Positions 48,301 through 59,900 of a DNA stretch of 64,000 bases are shown one piece after another (within the stretch, counting starts at the first letter, position 1; each line of letters begins with the position of its first letter). Source of the DNA: Macrostomum lignano (Eukaryota); the NCBI GenBank assembly GCA_002269645.1, contig NIVC01002360.1, positions 62,001-126,000 on the forward strand, read 5' to 3'. The notes beneath the pieces were generated by a model, which was not told the DNA's origin, made no database searches, and worked only from the letters and a program-made list of their open reading frames with translations. A program made the position numbers and the translations under genes.

Positions 48301-48706
48301 TTTAGACTTACTTATTATATCACTTTCAATCACTGTGGATTTTTTCGCAGTACTTTCGGTAGAAAAAATTAAAGGTGTCAAGGTGCATATAAAGGTAGTT
48401 ATTACACAGGTGCAAGTGTTGATATATGCAGGTGCAAATGGATTGAATCTATTGAAGTATTTAACTGCATATCCATGTCTGAATTTTACTATAAATATTC
48501 AATTCAGAGGCCCTAGTGTGAAGTAAATACTAACTATAACAGCCAGCTAGTACTGGACTAATTAATATACCTATACGGTGTACAGACAATGCGATAGGAT
48601 TTCAGTGAACATTGTTTTAGGCTACTATAAGGACACTGATCCATGGGAAACAAACCGCTTTCTTGGTATATTTCATGGACCAATATCCTACTTCAGGGGA
48701 AGAGTG
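45366..48706 (+). mobile_element. Chapaev-like DNA transposon, 3341 bp, nested in the mariner
   Basis: About 370-bp TIRs (45366-45735 / 48336-48706) with only a handful of mismatches. Termini are CAC...GTG and the 4-bp TSD is GCTA (45362-45365, 48707-48710). Confidence 0.85.
46035..48085 (+). pseudogene. Transposase of the Chapaev-like element, about 680 aa, with one frameshift in the G-run at ~47170
   Basis: N-terminal zinc-binding HEESRNSVCILC...LPSGICNSC. Core motifs LGIDGGG, ACDFKLANIICG...HPCLYC, PELHIMLG and SEQTVESAH. Restoring one G gives a continuous SGVKKLFVLAIVEDVKECYENV. Confidence 0.85.
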
Positions 48707-49043
48707 GCTATTCATAGAGCTGAGCTATTCTCTAATACACATAACTTTTCTGACGACCCTAGTATTAGTAGGTTTATTGATCAGACTGATAGATTATTTC
48801 AGTTTTATTTTCCTGAAAAGGAAGACTTCGTGCCGACTGTCCTAAAAATTTCTTAAACTTTTTATAATTCTTTTTTTAAAACCGGGTGCCTGGTTAGTTA
48901 ATAATTAATCCAGCACACGGGCTGGGGGCCTGATCCTTACTGTATAAAGCAAAAAGCTTTGCGCACCAACCGGAGGTACCAAGATGCTACATCAGTCCCG
49001 CGAACGTGCCTGCAGAGGCTGGCAGATCAATTATTTAAGCCCG

Positions 49044-51580
49044 ATGACGCGCTCGCTCCGCTTCCTGCACTACTCGGCCAGCCGCATCAAGCCTGGCTGC
49101 TGCGCGTCCTTCTCTGCTCTGCTGCTGCTTCTGCTGGCGTTGCTTTTTCTGTTTCTTGTAAGTACTTTGACGTCTTTAAAGTTCCTAGACCCTGAGGCTA
49201 GGCTTGCCTGTGTCACGATTCCCTCAGGATGAGTTGGGCAGAGTGGCTTTGGGGGTAAACGCGTCTTGACTCTCGTGCCGCGAACTCTGGTTCGGTTGTG
49301 TACGAAAATTGACCGCGGGCTGACGATTAGAAAGTCAGAAGGACGTCGAACACCCTGTGAGAGCGTGTGAGTGAGTGAGCGCCTGTGTACAGTATTCACG
49401 CGCTTGCGTGTGCTCACTGGAGTCAGCGCTGGTTGTGGGATGATGTTGATGAAGGCGTTGCGCCTTGGTGCCCACAGCCCATTTGCGAATAATTTTTCCT
49501 TCAACATTTTCCCCTGACTCTATTTATCAACCCACAAGAGACCGGCCGGTTTCTGCAAGCAGCAGCGGCTGCAGCCACCCGCACCCATCACGGATGGTGG
49601 CCGCATTCCCAAGCTGCTGCACTATGTATTCAGGAGCGCCGAAGTTTTCTCAAACTATTCGCCGCTGATCAGCTCATGCCTGCACTTCAATCCCGGCTGG
49701 ACTGTCTACCTGTGGCGGGATTCCGACGTCAGACAGCTGATCCGCTTGCACTATCCGGACATGACTAAGCTGTTCGAGGCCTACTCTACCGACCTGATGC
49801 GGTCTGACGCTGCCAGATACCTGATCTTGCATCATCTGGGAGGTAGTCGCGCGTGCTTCGTTTGTGTAAATTTCCTTAGAACCGTGATGACGCATCAAGC
49901 GCAATGATTCTTACCGTGCGATTGGCGTCATCTCAAAGTCAATTAGCTATTATCCAAACATCACGAGCAGCATGCTCCATTTAACAATATAAATGTAAAA
50001 CAGAGTCAAAAAGCGTTTAATACACAACAGGGGTCTCCTGAGGCCAAGGGGCGTCGCTGTTTCGTTAGGGCCCACAGCAATCCGTCTGGTGCTCGGTTTC
50101 CCGGGCAACGAGCTGGCCGACTCTCTGGTCGAAGCTCCAGCTGTCTGTCGGGTCCTGACCCTCTCTGGTTCCGATCCCCAGCACGATCACTAACCGTCAG
50201 ATTGAATGGACTGGGGCTGACACTCACAATAAAAGGTCTTAACTGCCGCCAATTCCGAGTGGCAGTCTCGTATATCCCCAAGACAGCTCCGAAAGTCTAC
50301 GCAGATCAGCAAAGACACCCAGGACATCACCAGGACCCTCACAGGCCACAGGAACTCTGCCCCCTTCAGTGGCCTTGACAATGGAGATATCCAGAATTTC
50401 GTCTGCCAATGCCTCCACCAACAACAACCCGACGAGCCTCTTTCTTCCTTAGCGAATAACACGCTGCAGAAGGCCCTCCGCACCTCCATGGCTGACTCCG
50501 AGCCGCGCCGCAAACCTGACCTCCTTGTGGCGACGCCCCTTTTTGAGGATTCGCAAACGAAGTAGCAGAATTCTCCACCCTCAGGAGTGTACATCGACTT
50601 GGACATCGAGTGTGTGCAGCCGTTCTACCCAACCCTGGCCAACTACACTGCCTTTCTGGACCGGGAACGCACCGACCAGACAGCCGTGATCTGGCAGACC
50701 CGGCTGGCGGCGATGAACAGCGCCATGGGCTCGGTGCCTGGGCATCCGTTCTTCGCTTTCGTGGCGCGGCGGATGCAAGCTGGTGCCGATGAAGGCGACC
50801 AGTTGGCTGGCGGTGGTGGCGGTGGAAAGCCGAAAGCGACCAGTGCATATGTGGCCACGGGGCCGGGGATGCTCACCGAAGCCTACAGAGAGTGGCAGCT
50901 GCGACGCCAGCCGCAGCCCGGGATGAACAGCAATGAAAACGTGGTTCTGCTTGGCTGGGATTTCTTCTCTGGTTTTGTTGAGTCACGAGCTGATCTGGGG
51001 AGGATCTGCAGGGCCCGGTTCGGAGGTGAGCTTTTGTCTGAAATTTTTTTCAAAGCATATCTAACCCAACTGACTAAACTCCCTTCCTAACTACCTTATC
51101 TACGTAAGCACCTAACCTACTTGTCTAGCTACCTTAGTAAAAACCTGTCAGAATGCACGGAAATACATATCTTGTATTTTATCTAAAAATTTAACAATTG
51201 ACCGATTTATCAAACTTTAATAAAAAACGTGACCTTTTCTATAAATTAGAACTTTTGATTCACTTGAGTCGCTATATATACTTTTGTTATTACTGTAACG
51301 CTACATGTACTTTGCAAACCTTTGCCAAACAATTTAAAAGCGTAAAATTTAAAGGTAACTGCTGACAAATCAATGAAGTGATTGATACTTTTGACATGAT
51401 TTTTTTGTATTTTTTGTAGGTATCGTGAATGGCAGAAGGCGAAAGCGACCGCAGGGCAGGCGATCCATGTCGTTCAGAATCTGCCGCAGAATTCTTCGCA
51501 CACAGTCCTGGAAGCGTGAAGAGTCAACAACCAACACTATCGCATTTCACCGGTTTATGCACCTGGGCAAGGACTTCTAG
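49044..51580 (+). CDS. GT32/DXD glycosyltransferase (MIPC synthase/A4GALT-like), 4 exons: 49044-49157, ~49539/49560-49842, 50585-51025, 51420-51580
   Basis: Type II TM anchor, IPKLLHYVF, MRSDAARYLILHHLGG|VYIDLD (DXD), NSAMGSVPGHPFF, TGPGMLT and a C-terminal AFHRFMH. GT-AG introns have consistent phases (0, 1, 1). Confidence 0.9.
50240..50560 (+). mobile_element. Possible decayed LINE 3' fragment in glycosyltransferase intron 2
   Basis: ISKDTQDITRTLTGH...IQNFVCQC resembles the LTGH/zinc-knuckle LINE C-terminus but is heavily degraded. Confidence 0.4.
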
Positions 51581-52537
51581 ACTAGAAGTCCTTGCACCTG
51601 GGATACCCGGAGAATCAGTCCAAAATATGGGGCGTTTTTAATGTCACCATGCGCTTTCCAAGAATTTCGTTTTACTATCATTAGGACCATTTGATTAGGG
51701 ACAGTTTACTGTTTCTGTGCACAAAAATTCAATTTAGAGATTTTATCTAATGCTAAAGACGCCAAAGCGTACAATATACTGCAAACAAACAATCAAATGC
51801 TTGTTGCAACTTAGTTAAAATGCTCCTTCGATGCTTGTAGTCGTTTTAATTAGTACTTAGACTTTTTACACAGGTAAGCTTTTATTTTCGATATTCTGCT
51901 TGCCTGCCTACCCATCTGTCTATCGTCCTTATTAAGTGCATATTGTCCGCTCAACTCTCGGACTTGGTCCAACTCTCGAGCTTTTCCCTCATAATAACGA
52001 TAATTTATTGAAATTAAACATTTGTTATTAAATTTTAAATTTCGCTACAATAGAGCCTGTAGTGAGAACTTAACAACACTGCTTTAGAGCAAAAGCTTAA
52101 TATGACAAGATCTAACCAAGGTAAAAGGAAAAAAAGAAAGAATTTGTTAAACCTGCTGCTTAATTTTTACTCATGAATTCTTCGAAACGCAGTTGTCATA
52201 ATTTTTTCCAAAAAGTATACGTTTTGTAAACGTATTAATTATTGTTGTTTACTGTTTCTGATAAAGTAAAAATTATTAAAGATACTTAGTTTAAAAAAAG
52301 ATATTTACTTTCGATTTTTTCATTAGCTTTAACACCAAAAAAACGAAAAAAGGCATAGTGTAGACATGTAGTGCAAGCAAAACCAAGAATGGACTCAATG
52401 GAGCCTATATATTCACTTTTGTTATAGTGGTCATTTAAATAGGGAAATTGTTTATAACGTGTGCGACTTTTTACCGTACGGTTTTTCCCGCCATAAAAAC
52501 CGCATTGTAATGTACAATACATAACAACGCGGTTTTC

Positions 52538-52887
52538 AATGCGGGATTCGATGCGGGATTTCCCGACATTAATTTAATTTGATTTGTTAAGCCCAATCGA
52601 TGCGGTAATTGATGCGGGATTCGATGCGGGATTTCCCGACATTAATTTAATTTGATTTGTTAAGCCCCATCGATGCGGTAATTGATGCGGGATTCGATGC
52701 GGGATTTCCCGACATTAATTTAATTTGATTTGTTAAGCCCCATCGATGCGGTAATTGATGCGGGATTCGATGCGGGATTTCCCGACATTAATTTAATTTG
52801 AATTATTAAGCCCCATCGATGCGGTAATTGATGCGGGATTCGATGCGGGATTTCCCGACATTTAATTAATTTCAATTATTAAGCCCA
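52538..52887 (+). repeat. 73-bp tandem repeat, about 5 copies; the same family occurs inverted at 63.2 kb
   Basis: TCCCGACA recurs at 52561, 52634, 52707, 52780 and 52853. Confidence 0.93.
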
Positions 52888-54072
52888 ATAGGTGGTAGCG
52901 AATATTGGCGAGCTGTTCAATCAGCTTGGCAACAACGTGGTGACCTGGTGAATCCGCAGCGACTGCAGCTTCAGCGAGGCAACGGAGACATGGACCTGAC
53001 AATCGTGGGTCTGTCCAGCTTGTTCGCCCAGCCCGCTGCTGCGTGTTGATTGAACCGGGTGTTGCTATTTTGCGGCCCGGCCCGGTCCGGCCCAGGCCGG
53101 GCCGTGAATTCGTCAATTATCTTAAAACAAAACAAAGTAAATGTTTTGAGCTTCTTTGCTACGTTGACTGGTTGATATTCTACTTATCTTGTGTCTTATC
53201 TTATTTTAAATACTTAAGCCGGTAAACTCGGAGATTTTTTACTTTCTGTATAAAAGGAACGAAGTTTATTGTCAAAATTTTAGCAACAGCAAAGGTTACT
53301 AGAAAAAGCAAAGCAACCGTCTATCAAATAAAAAAAGAAAAAGAAAAATGCAACTTAAAACAAGCCAGATTGGCTATAGAGCACAAGGGATTCGTTTTCA
53401 ACACACCCCATAGTACAGGATATTATTAACTTTCGCATTCATTTAGTGGCATTCGTGATGGGTAATTTTATTTGCATTTCTAAATCCACCTATTTATGAT
53501 CATTTCACAAGGCAATAAGTAAAACAGCAATCAAAGCTTTAATTACATAAAAACTACTCTATGTAAAAAGTTTACACTGTATACCACAACAAAGTATGCG
53601 CGCTGAAGAAAGGCAAATGCTAAGAGCGTAAAAAACTAACACCGAATTGGTGCCTTCTTATAACAGTGCCAAAGACCAAGCAAAATTCAACTCCTTGAGA
53701 ATTTTAGGGAGAAAAATATACTCTGTGCAGTAGGTCAGATATGCTTTTACACTAACCCTCAGAATGCTCTGAATAAGAAATCTTAAAGTGAAATTATTTT
53801 CGCTTTGTGCTACTCTTCATGCGAAGCTGTGGGAAAGTAGCATGGAGAAGAATTGATCACCATAGACGATATCGCCCGCATGGGCTTGTGATTTTTGCTT
53901 CGTGTTTTGAATTTGAGTAATCATATATCAGCGAAGGGCCACATTCTTTCATTCTGCGGCGTAAGGCATTACAGGTAGTAATCATGACAAATATTGACCT
54001 CAGTGCGCAAGATTAACGCAGCAATTCCTGTCTACAAGTACCCGCCACAAGTACATGAAGAGTAGCATCTAT

Positions 54073-54410
54073 CCCGTACAACAATCCGACGTATCTGACC
54101 GACGTCGTACGACGTCTATGTAACATTACGTGTTTCCTATTGGTCGGACGTCGGGCTGACGTCGAAGTCGTAGTCGAAAAATTAAATTCGCCTTAATTCA
54201 CGTTATTCGCCTCAAATAATTAAATTAAGCATAACAGTATTGCTTGCCAGTTCATCCCGCGAAAATAAATGTTAAAGCAGCGCGAAATAAATTTTTGGAC
54301 TACGACTTCGACGTCGGCCCGACGTCCGACCAATAGGAAACACGTAATGTTACATAGACGTCGTACGACGTCGGTTCAGAGGTCGGTGCGACGTCGGATT
54401 GTTGTACGGG
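54073..54410. mobile_element. 338-bp MITE with ~110-bp TIRs
   Basis: CCCGTACAACAATCCGACG...GAAGTCGTAGTC is mirrored at 54292-54410. TAT is directly repeated on both flanks, a possible 3-bp TSD (PIF/Harbinger-like). Confidence 0.85.
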
Positions 54411-55095
54411 TATGGTGTTTTAATTCAATACGCATTCTACTGTCAATAGAGCATTCTGTTCTGTGCTAGTACCAGTTAGTTTTAGCTTGTAAAATGTTAA
54501 TGGCAGGGATGGGAGTTTGCTGTATTAAGCAGTTGAAGCATGGGGAGGAGAGTTATTGTCAGTTTTGACTTAAAAATACTCGGATAGAACAACCAAAATG
54601 AACTATGACACCGAGAAAACAATGCTATCATTTTCTCCTTGCTTAGCGCGATTGTTTACGTAAAAAGTAAAGTCGTAAGTTGGTTGTGTAAACAAGCATA
54701 TGTGAAAAAATTAGCCGTAAAAGAGAGCACAACAGTTGCACTTAATATCAAGAAAAACAGCAGCCAAAGATGTTGCAAAGCTGTTTATAATAGGCTTATA
54801 GCGCAATGTTTCTTGTAGAATATAGCTGCATGTATATGCTTGCTGTATTTAAATGCTTTTAAAGAAATGTTTCCTTTGGTTTAAATGTGCATATTTAAAA
54901 GATATATAAAAATGCAATCTAGTAAAAACAAATAGCTAAAGCCTTCCTAAGTGTAGAAAATAACAAAGATTTCGCTTGTGTTTAAAAGTGAAAAACGCGA
55001 CAAAAAGCTATCTTTACTTTGTAAATGTACGATCATCAGCAGAACTGGTACTATCAGCAGAACTGCTATTGGCACGTGCACCTGTTGTACTGCTA

Positions 55096-55610
55096 GCCTC
55101 ACCCTGTTAACAAAGTCAGGCGGAAGGGTCAGAAACCTAGTGCTACACCAGCAAAGCCGGCGTCTGCATCGTCAAATTACAAGAGCGGCTCATGCTACTG
55201 TTGCAGCTCGACAAGCCATCGAGCGAACGACTTTCGTTTCAAAAACGCTACCTGCCGTCACTGCCAGGAGGGACACCTGGAACGGTGTACCATTTTAAGG
55301 CCAAGGGGCTCGCGCCAGGCCAGGCGACTACTAAGAAGCCAGTGATGCACATTTGCAATTACGTGGACGTACAGTTCATGCAGTCTCAAGCATCGACCAT
55401 CGACCATCGTGCCGATTCGATCGCGTCCAAGGTGAGGATCACGTCGTAGAAATCGACACGGTGACAAACGGCAAATTCATCACGAAGTTTTCTGGAAGAA
55501 GCTAGGGATGCCACCGCTGGAAGAAACTAAAGTGGCGCTACGATTCGCTAGCCAACACGACATGCCGGTCCTGGAAACTTTCGATCTCGACCCAGCCGCC
55601 CAGCTTGTCT
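55096..55610 (+). mobile_element. Degraded Gypsy-type LTR retrotransposon gag zinc knuckles + aspartic protease fragment
   Basis: CYCCSSTSHRAND(F)RFKNATCRHCQEGHLERC gives two mutated CCHC knuckles, followed by EIDT...FWKKLGMPPLEETKVALRFAS. The fragment is frameshifted and no LTRs were found. Confidence 0.7.
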
Positions 55611-56917
55611 GGCTATTCAGCTAGTCTACAATACCAACATACCGCATTCGACTCGTCTACGTTGAGATCCGGATTTCCTGCCTTACTTACTTGCGTAGGA
55701 ATACAAAAATCTGTACTGCTATGAAAATTGTAAATGAAACTATTATTTAGAACCTGAAGCTAGTTAGCAGTTATGCCTTCGAGTAGATAACAAAACAGCT
55801 GCCAAAAACAGTCAAATGTTAAATGCCAGTAAATAAGGATAATTTTTTTATTTTATAAACGTCTCGTAGTTTGTTCGTAGAAAGTTGAATCATCAAATCT
55901 GTAGTTCTCAATAAGGCCGCCATGTCTTTCACTGCAGTTAGTTTCCTGCCGTCGTGATGGAGACGATATTCTCCCTGATCTCGCTGAAAAAATTTAATAG
56001 GACTAATGTGTTGACTCCATGCTAAATAGAAACTCGAAAGTAAAAAGATAAACTAGGTATATTTCTGACAGTACTTTTCTAAGAGCGCTGGTCGAGCATT
56101 GATAGACTGCGTATCTCATGCATATTCACCCCTAAAATAATGCAGAGCATTGAATGTTAAGACAGTCAAATTCAGATAAATCTTGATGAGCCCGAAGTGC
56201 AAATGGAGCCGGAGAGTCCACCAGACGAAATCAATCTACAGGATTGGCGTTCCCATGGAACTGCAGAGAATCGTGGAGTCAGGCGTGGATATCATCATGG
56301 TTGCCAAGAGTGCACCCTGGTTAGCTCGCACACTGCGCTTCCTGCTTTTCTGCTTGGCCCGTGAAACATCTAATTGAACACGCGTGGTCTGACAGTTTAG
56401 TTATAGTTATGCAGCTTTAACTTGTTTAACTACTCGATGTCTTTAATTCAATGTTTTGGCCATAGACAATCTTCGAAGCAGGGGTAACATATGGTTGGCT
56501 GCGTATGTAGTAAACAGAATATTAGACTATTTAAATAAAATTAAAAACGCTATGGTACCACATAAAATTACATAAAAAGCTAGCCTTCCCTCGTGCTACA
56601 CCTTTTCACGTTCAATTTTGATTAAAGTCCAGTTCTAAAAACTAGCGCAAATTCAATTAAGACAATTTAGATTGAAGTAACGCTTACGGAAAATCAATAC
56701 AAACAAACCACCGTCCAAAACATTCTGTCACAGAAGCAAGGTTTAGACACAGACAAAATTGTCGTCAGTCTGAATTGTCTGAATTGAATTTGCGCTAGTT
56801 TTTTTCGGATTTTGCCATATAGAAATACGCTCGAATTCTGCCAGTGATTAATTTCAATGAGCTCGTCTACACTCAAACATAACAACAAGACGTAATAAAT
56901 GAATTTAATTTTAGTAC

Positions 56918-59900
56918 TTACGATGCCCTTGTGCAAAAGTCGCAGAACCAAACAGGGTGCTCGAGCTCATCGACTCGGGGATTGTTCGTTAAGCACTGGA
57001 TATGCGCCCATAGACGGCAAGAGTCGCAGAAGATCTGTAATGAAATGTACATGTAGTAAATCGTTTTTAATTCCTTCGCCACACTTTGTGCCATTTATTT
57101 GGTGTCGTGTGCATTCTTTAATCCCTGCTGTTCCAACCATGGATCCACCGGGTGGCGCCAGGGACCATGAGGCCTATCTCCATTTGGTCCGCGCTGTACC
57201 AGATGGCCGCCTCAGACTCGGCACGATGGACTGCTGAACTCTGAACCCCCCCCCCTGGTGTCGCATCATTATATTGCACGTCGCAGTTAGTGCATAGTTC
57301 TTTTTTGTAAATTAGAAATTAAATCTAAAGGTTTAGTTTAAATTTTAGTTGAAGGGCAAGGAACTCACCCAGAAGTCCTGCTGGCCAGCTTTAGCAGACG
57401 CTTTGGGACAGTCTTTCTCCCCGCAACGAAAGCAACGGGAGTCGCACCCTTTGCTGGCGCGGTAAAGTAGAGCGCGCCAAATCTGCTCACGGAAGTCACA
57501 AAGGGCGTCTGGAGTAGACCTTATAGCCCGTTTGAGGTCGGTGCCAGAGGCAATACGGGCTGCAAAAATGCAGCAGTATATACCGCAACTATCACCGTCG
57601 CTTTGCAGCGGGTGGTCAGAGCGGCGTCCTTGTAACTTTGGCCAGTTGACGTCGGCCGGAAGCGGAAGAGTGCTAGTGTTGCGATAGTCAAATAGATTAG
57701 ATCGTTAGCTAATGGTTGCAGGTGAGATGATAAAAGTATAAGCAAATTCCTACATGTAAATTAATAGAATACAGATTTATACGATATCGAATCTTAGTTC
57801 ATGTAATTCATTTACATTTGAATCAAAGGACTCACTTAACGGCGTCACAAATTTTGTCAATGCCGGATTCCCGATTTCCAAGCGGGTCCAAAATCGTAAC
57901 GAACCCGTTGCTCAGGTCAATCCAAAGTAGCATGAAATGATTTAAGTCGTGCCATATTCCGAGCACCGTTGACTTCGAAATGGAAGCCTGTCCAGATAGG
58001 CAGTTACTCATGTTAACAAATAGATTTCAAACGTTAATGTCTGACTTACGAGTACCTACTGAAAATTTTGTAAAGCAAAAGTTGCCTACTGAGAAGTACC
58101 GATGAAAGAATGTAGAGCTAATAATTTTGGTGTACAAAACAAAAAGACTGCAAACTGATAGTGTGAAGGCTTGTCCACGAGTGAGGTCCTGGATCAGTGG
58201 TTAAGACCTGCTGAGAATAAGTAAGAGCTCAGAAACAGGTCCTGGCCTATTGCAAGTTCAAACTGACTTTTTTGGAAAAGCGTTTAAAAACTTGCATATC
58301 AGAAACAAAGAACGAGACTTTTCTTTTAAATTTGGGGTAAAAAAAATCGTACTAATTGAATTTCTCGGATAACTGCTATGTACGCTGCTAACCCCATTCT
58401 GTGCGCGGGCTATTTAAGCCCAATTGAAACATTGAACTGATGTTCTTCTTGTGTTTAATCTTTTCATGCAAATAGCTAAAAAAGTCTAATTGGAAAATTA
58501 TCGCATGTACAGCTCACCTTTCTCAGTCGAATAACCAGCTCATCCGACAAGCTCATCGACCTGTCTTCCGGGTCGGGAGGTTCCGCCTCCCGGAGCGCGC
58601 TCGCGCGCTTCCCATGGCTGCCGCCTTCACGCGGCGGGGCCGTCCGGGTTCGCCCGGCCAAGTGCAGCCACCACCCCGGACCCGTGCGAGGGTCTTCGAG
58701 CGCCCCGGGTTTTTCCACGCTGAGCCAGGCCTCCCAGCTCACCTGGCTCAGCTGCTTCTCAGAGCTGGAGACATCGAGTCCAACCCTGGGCCGGCCTTCC
58801 CGTGCGGAGGCTGTGCCGAGGAGGTAGCCAGGGGCTACTCCACCTGCTGCTCCGACTGCGGCCTGTGGTGGCACCGCCGCTGTTCCCGCCTCACTATTGC
58901 GGCTATCAACCGGCTCCACCGGGACAAGGCACCGTGGCACTGTCCCACCTGCGCCCACCAACCTGCCGCTTCAGCGCCGCAGCCCGCTGCGACTCCGGCC
59001 CCTCCGCGGCTGCAGGCCCCACTGGCACCCACCAGACGCCAACGGCTACGACTCCACCTCCCCCGAACCCCGCACCGGCACCCCGCCCCCCTGATGGCGC
59101 AACCAGCGCGGGCGGGGGCGCCGAACAACAGCGGGGCGGCCTTCCGCATCGTCCAGCTCAACGCGGCAGGGCTCCGCTCCCGCAAGCTGGAACTGCTCCA
59201 CTTCCTGGAGAAGCAGGGCGCCGACGTCGCCTGCATCCAGGAGACGAACCTGTCCGGCAACACAGCGGCCCCACGCCTCAAAGGGTGGCAGATCGCTGGC
59301 CGGAAGGACCGCAACATCGGCCGCGACGGGGAGGCAGCCAGAACCCACCACGGGGGCGTCTGCTTCCTTGTCAAGGAGGGCATTCAATTCGCCGACCTTC
59401 CACTAGGCGAGCTCGTCACCCACGCCACGTCCGCCGAAGCCTCGGGCCTCCGTATCCACGACCCCCGGCTCCCACGCCCCCTGGACGTGATCAACATCTA
59501 CCTCCCGCCGGTCCGCGCCGCAGACGGCCGCACGGACGCCTTCGAGCCCGACTGGATCCCCGTTTCACGGGACTCGTTGGTGCTGGGCGACTTCAACGCC
59601 CACCACGGGATGTGGGACGCCTCGGCGGACGACGACGAGCTGGGCAGGGCCCTCGAAGACTGGGCGACGACCTACGACCTGGTCGCTCTGAACGACGGCT
59701 CCCCAACTAGGATCAGCCCCCGCGGCCTGCCGAGCTCCCCTGACGTCTCCTTCGCCCACGCCTCCTGGCAAGACCGGATCGAGTGGCGAACCGGGGAGCA
59801 CATCGGCTCAGACCACCTGCCGATCATCATCGACATCGCAGCCTCCGGCCCGGCCCGCTCCAGCTCCAAGCGCCTGACGCGGTACGCCTACCACAAGGCG

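Larger units (their letters stand above)
44079..48762 (-). mobile_element. Mariner (D,D34D) transposon, about 1.33 kb after removing the nested element; transposase 45247-44177 with N-terminal frameshifts
   Basis: Motifs WVPHLL, IVACDET, LLHDNAAPH and YSPDLSPCDFFLF. TIRs AGGGTTGTCAGAAAAGTTCTGTGT (44082-44105) and ACACATAACTTTTCTGACGACCCTAG (48737-48762) + TA. The left TA was not preserved. Confidence 0.88.

Noticed and set aside
52891-53050. Possible + strand exon (GGSEYWRAVQSAW...), phase-compatible with the glycosyltransferase donor at 51025
   Set aside because: The exon at 51420 already supplies the conserved GT32 C-terminus, and this stretch has no homology cue.
56177-56380. Exon-like GC-richer island
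   Set aside because: It does not join in phase with the Ulp1-PHD gene and has no recognisable product.
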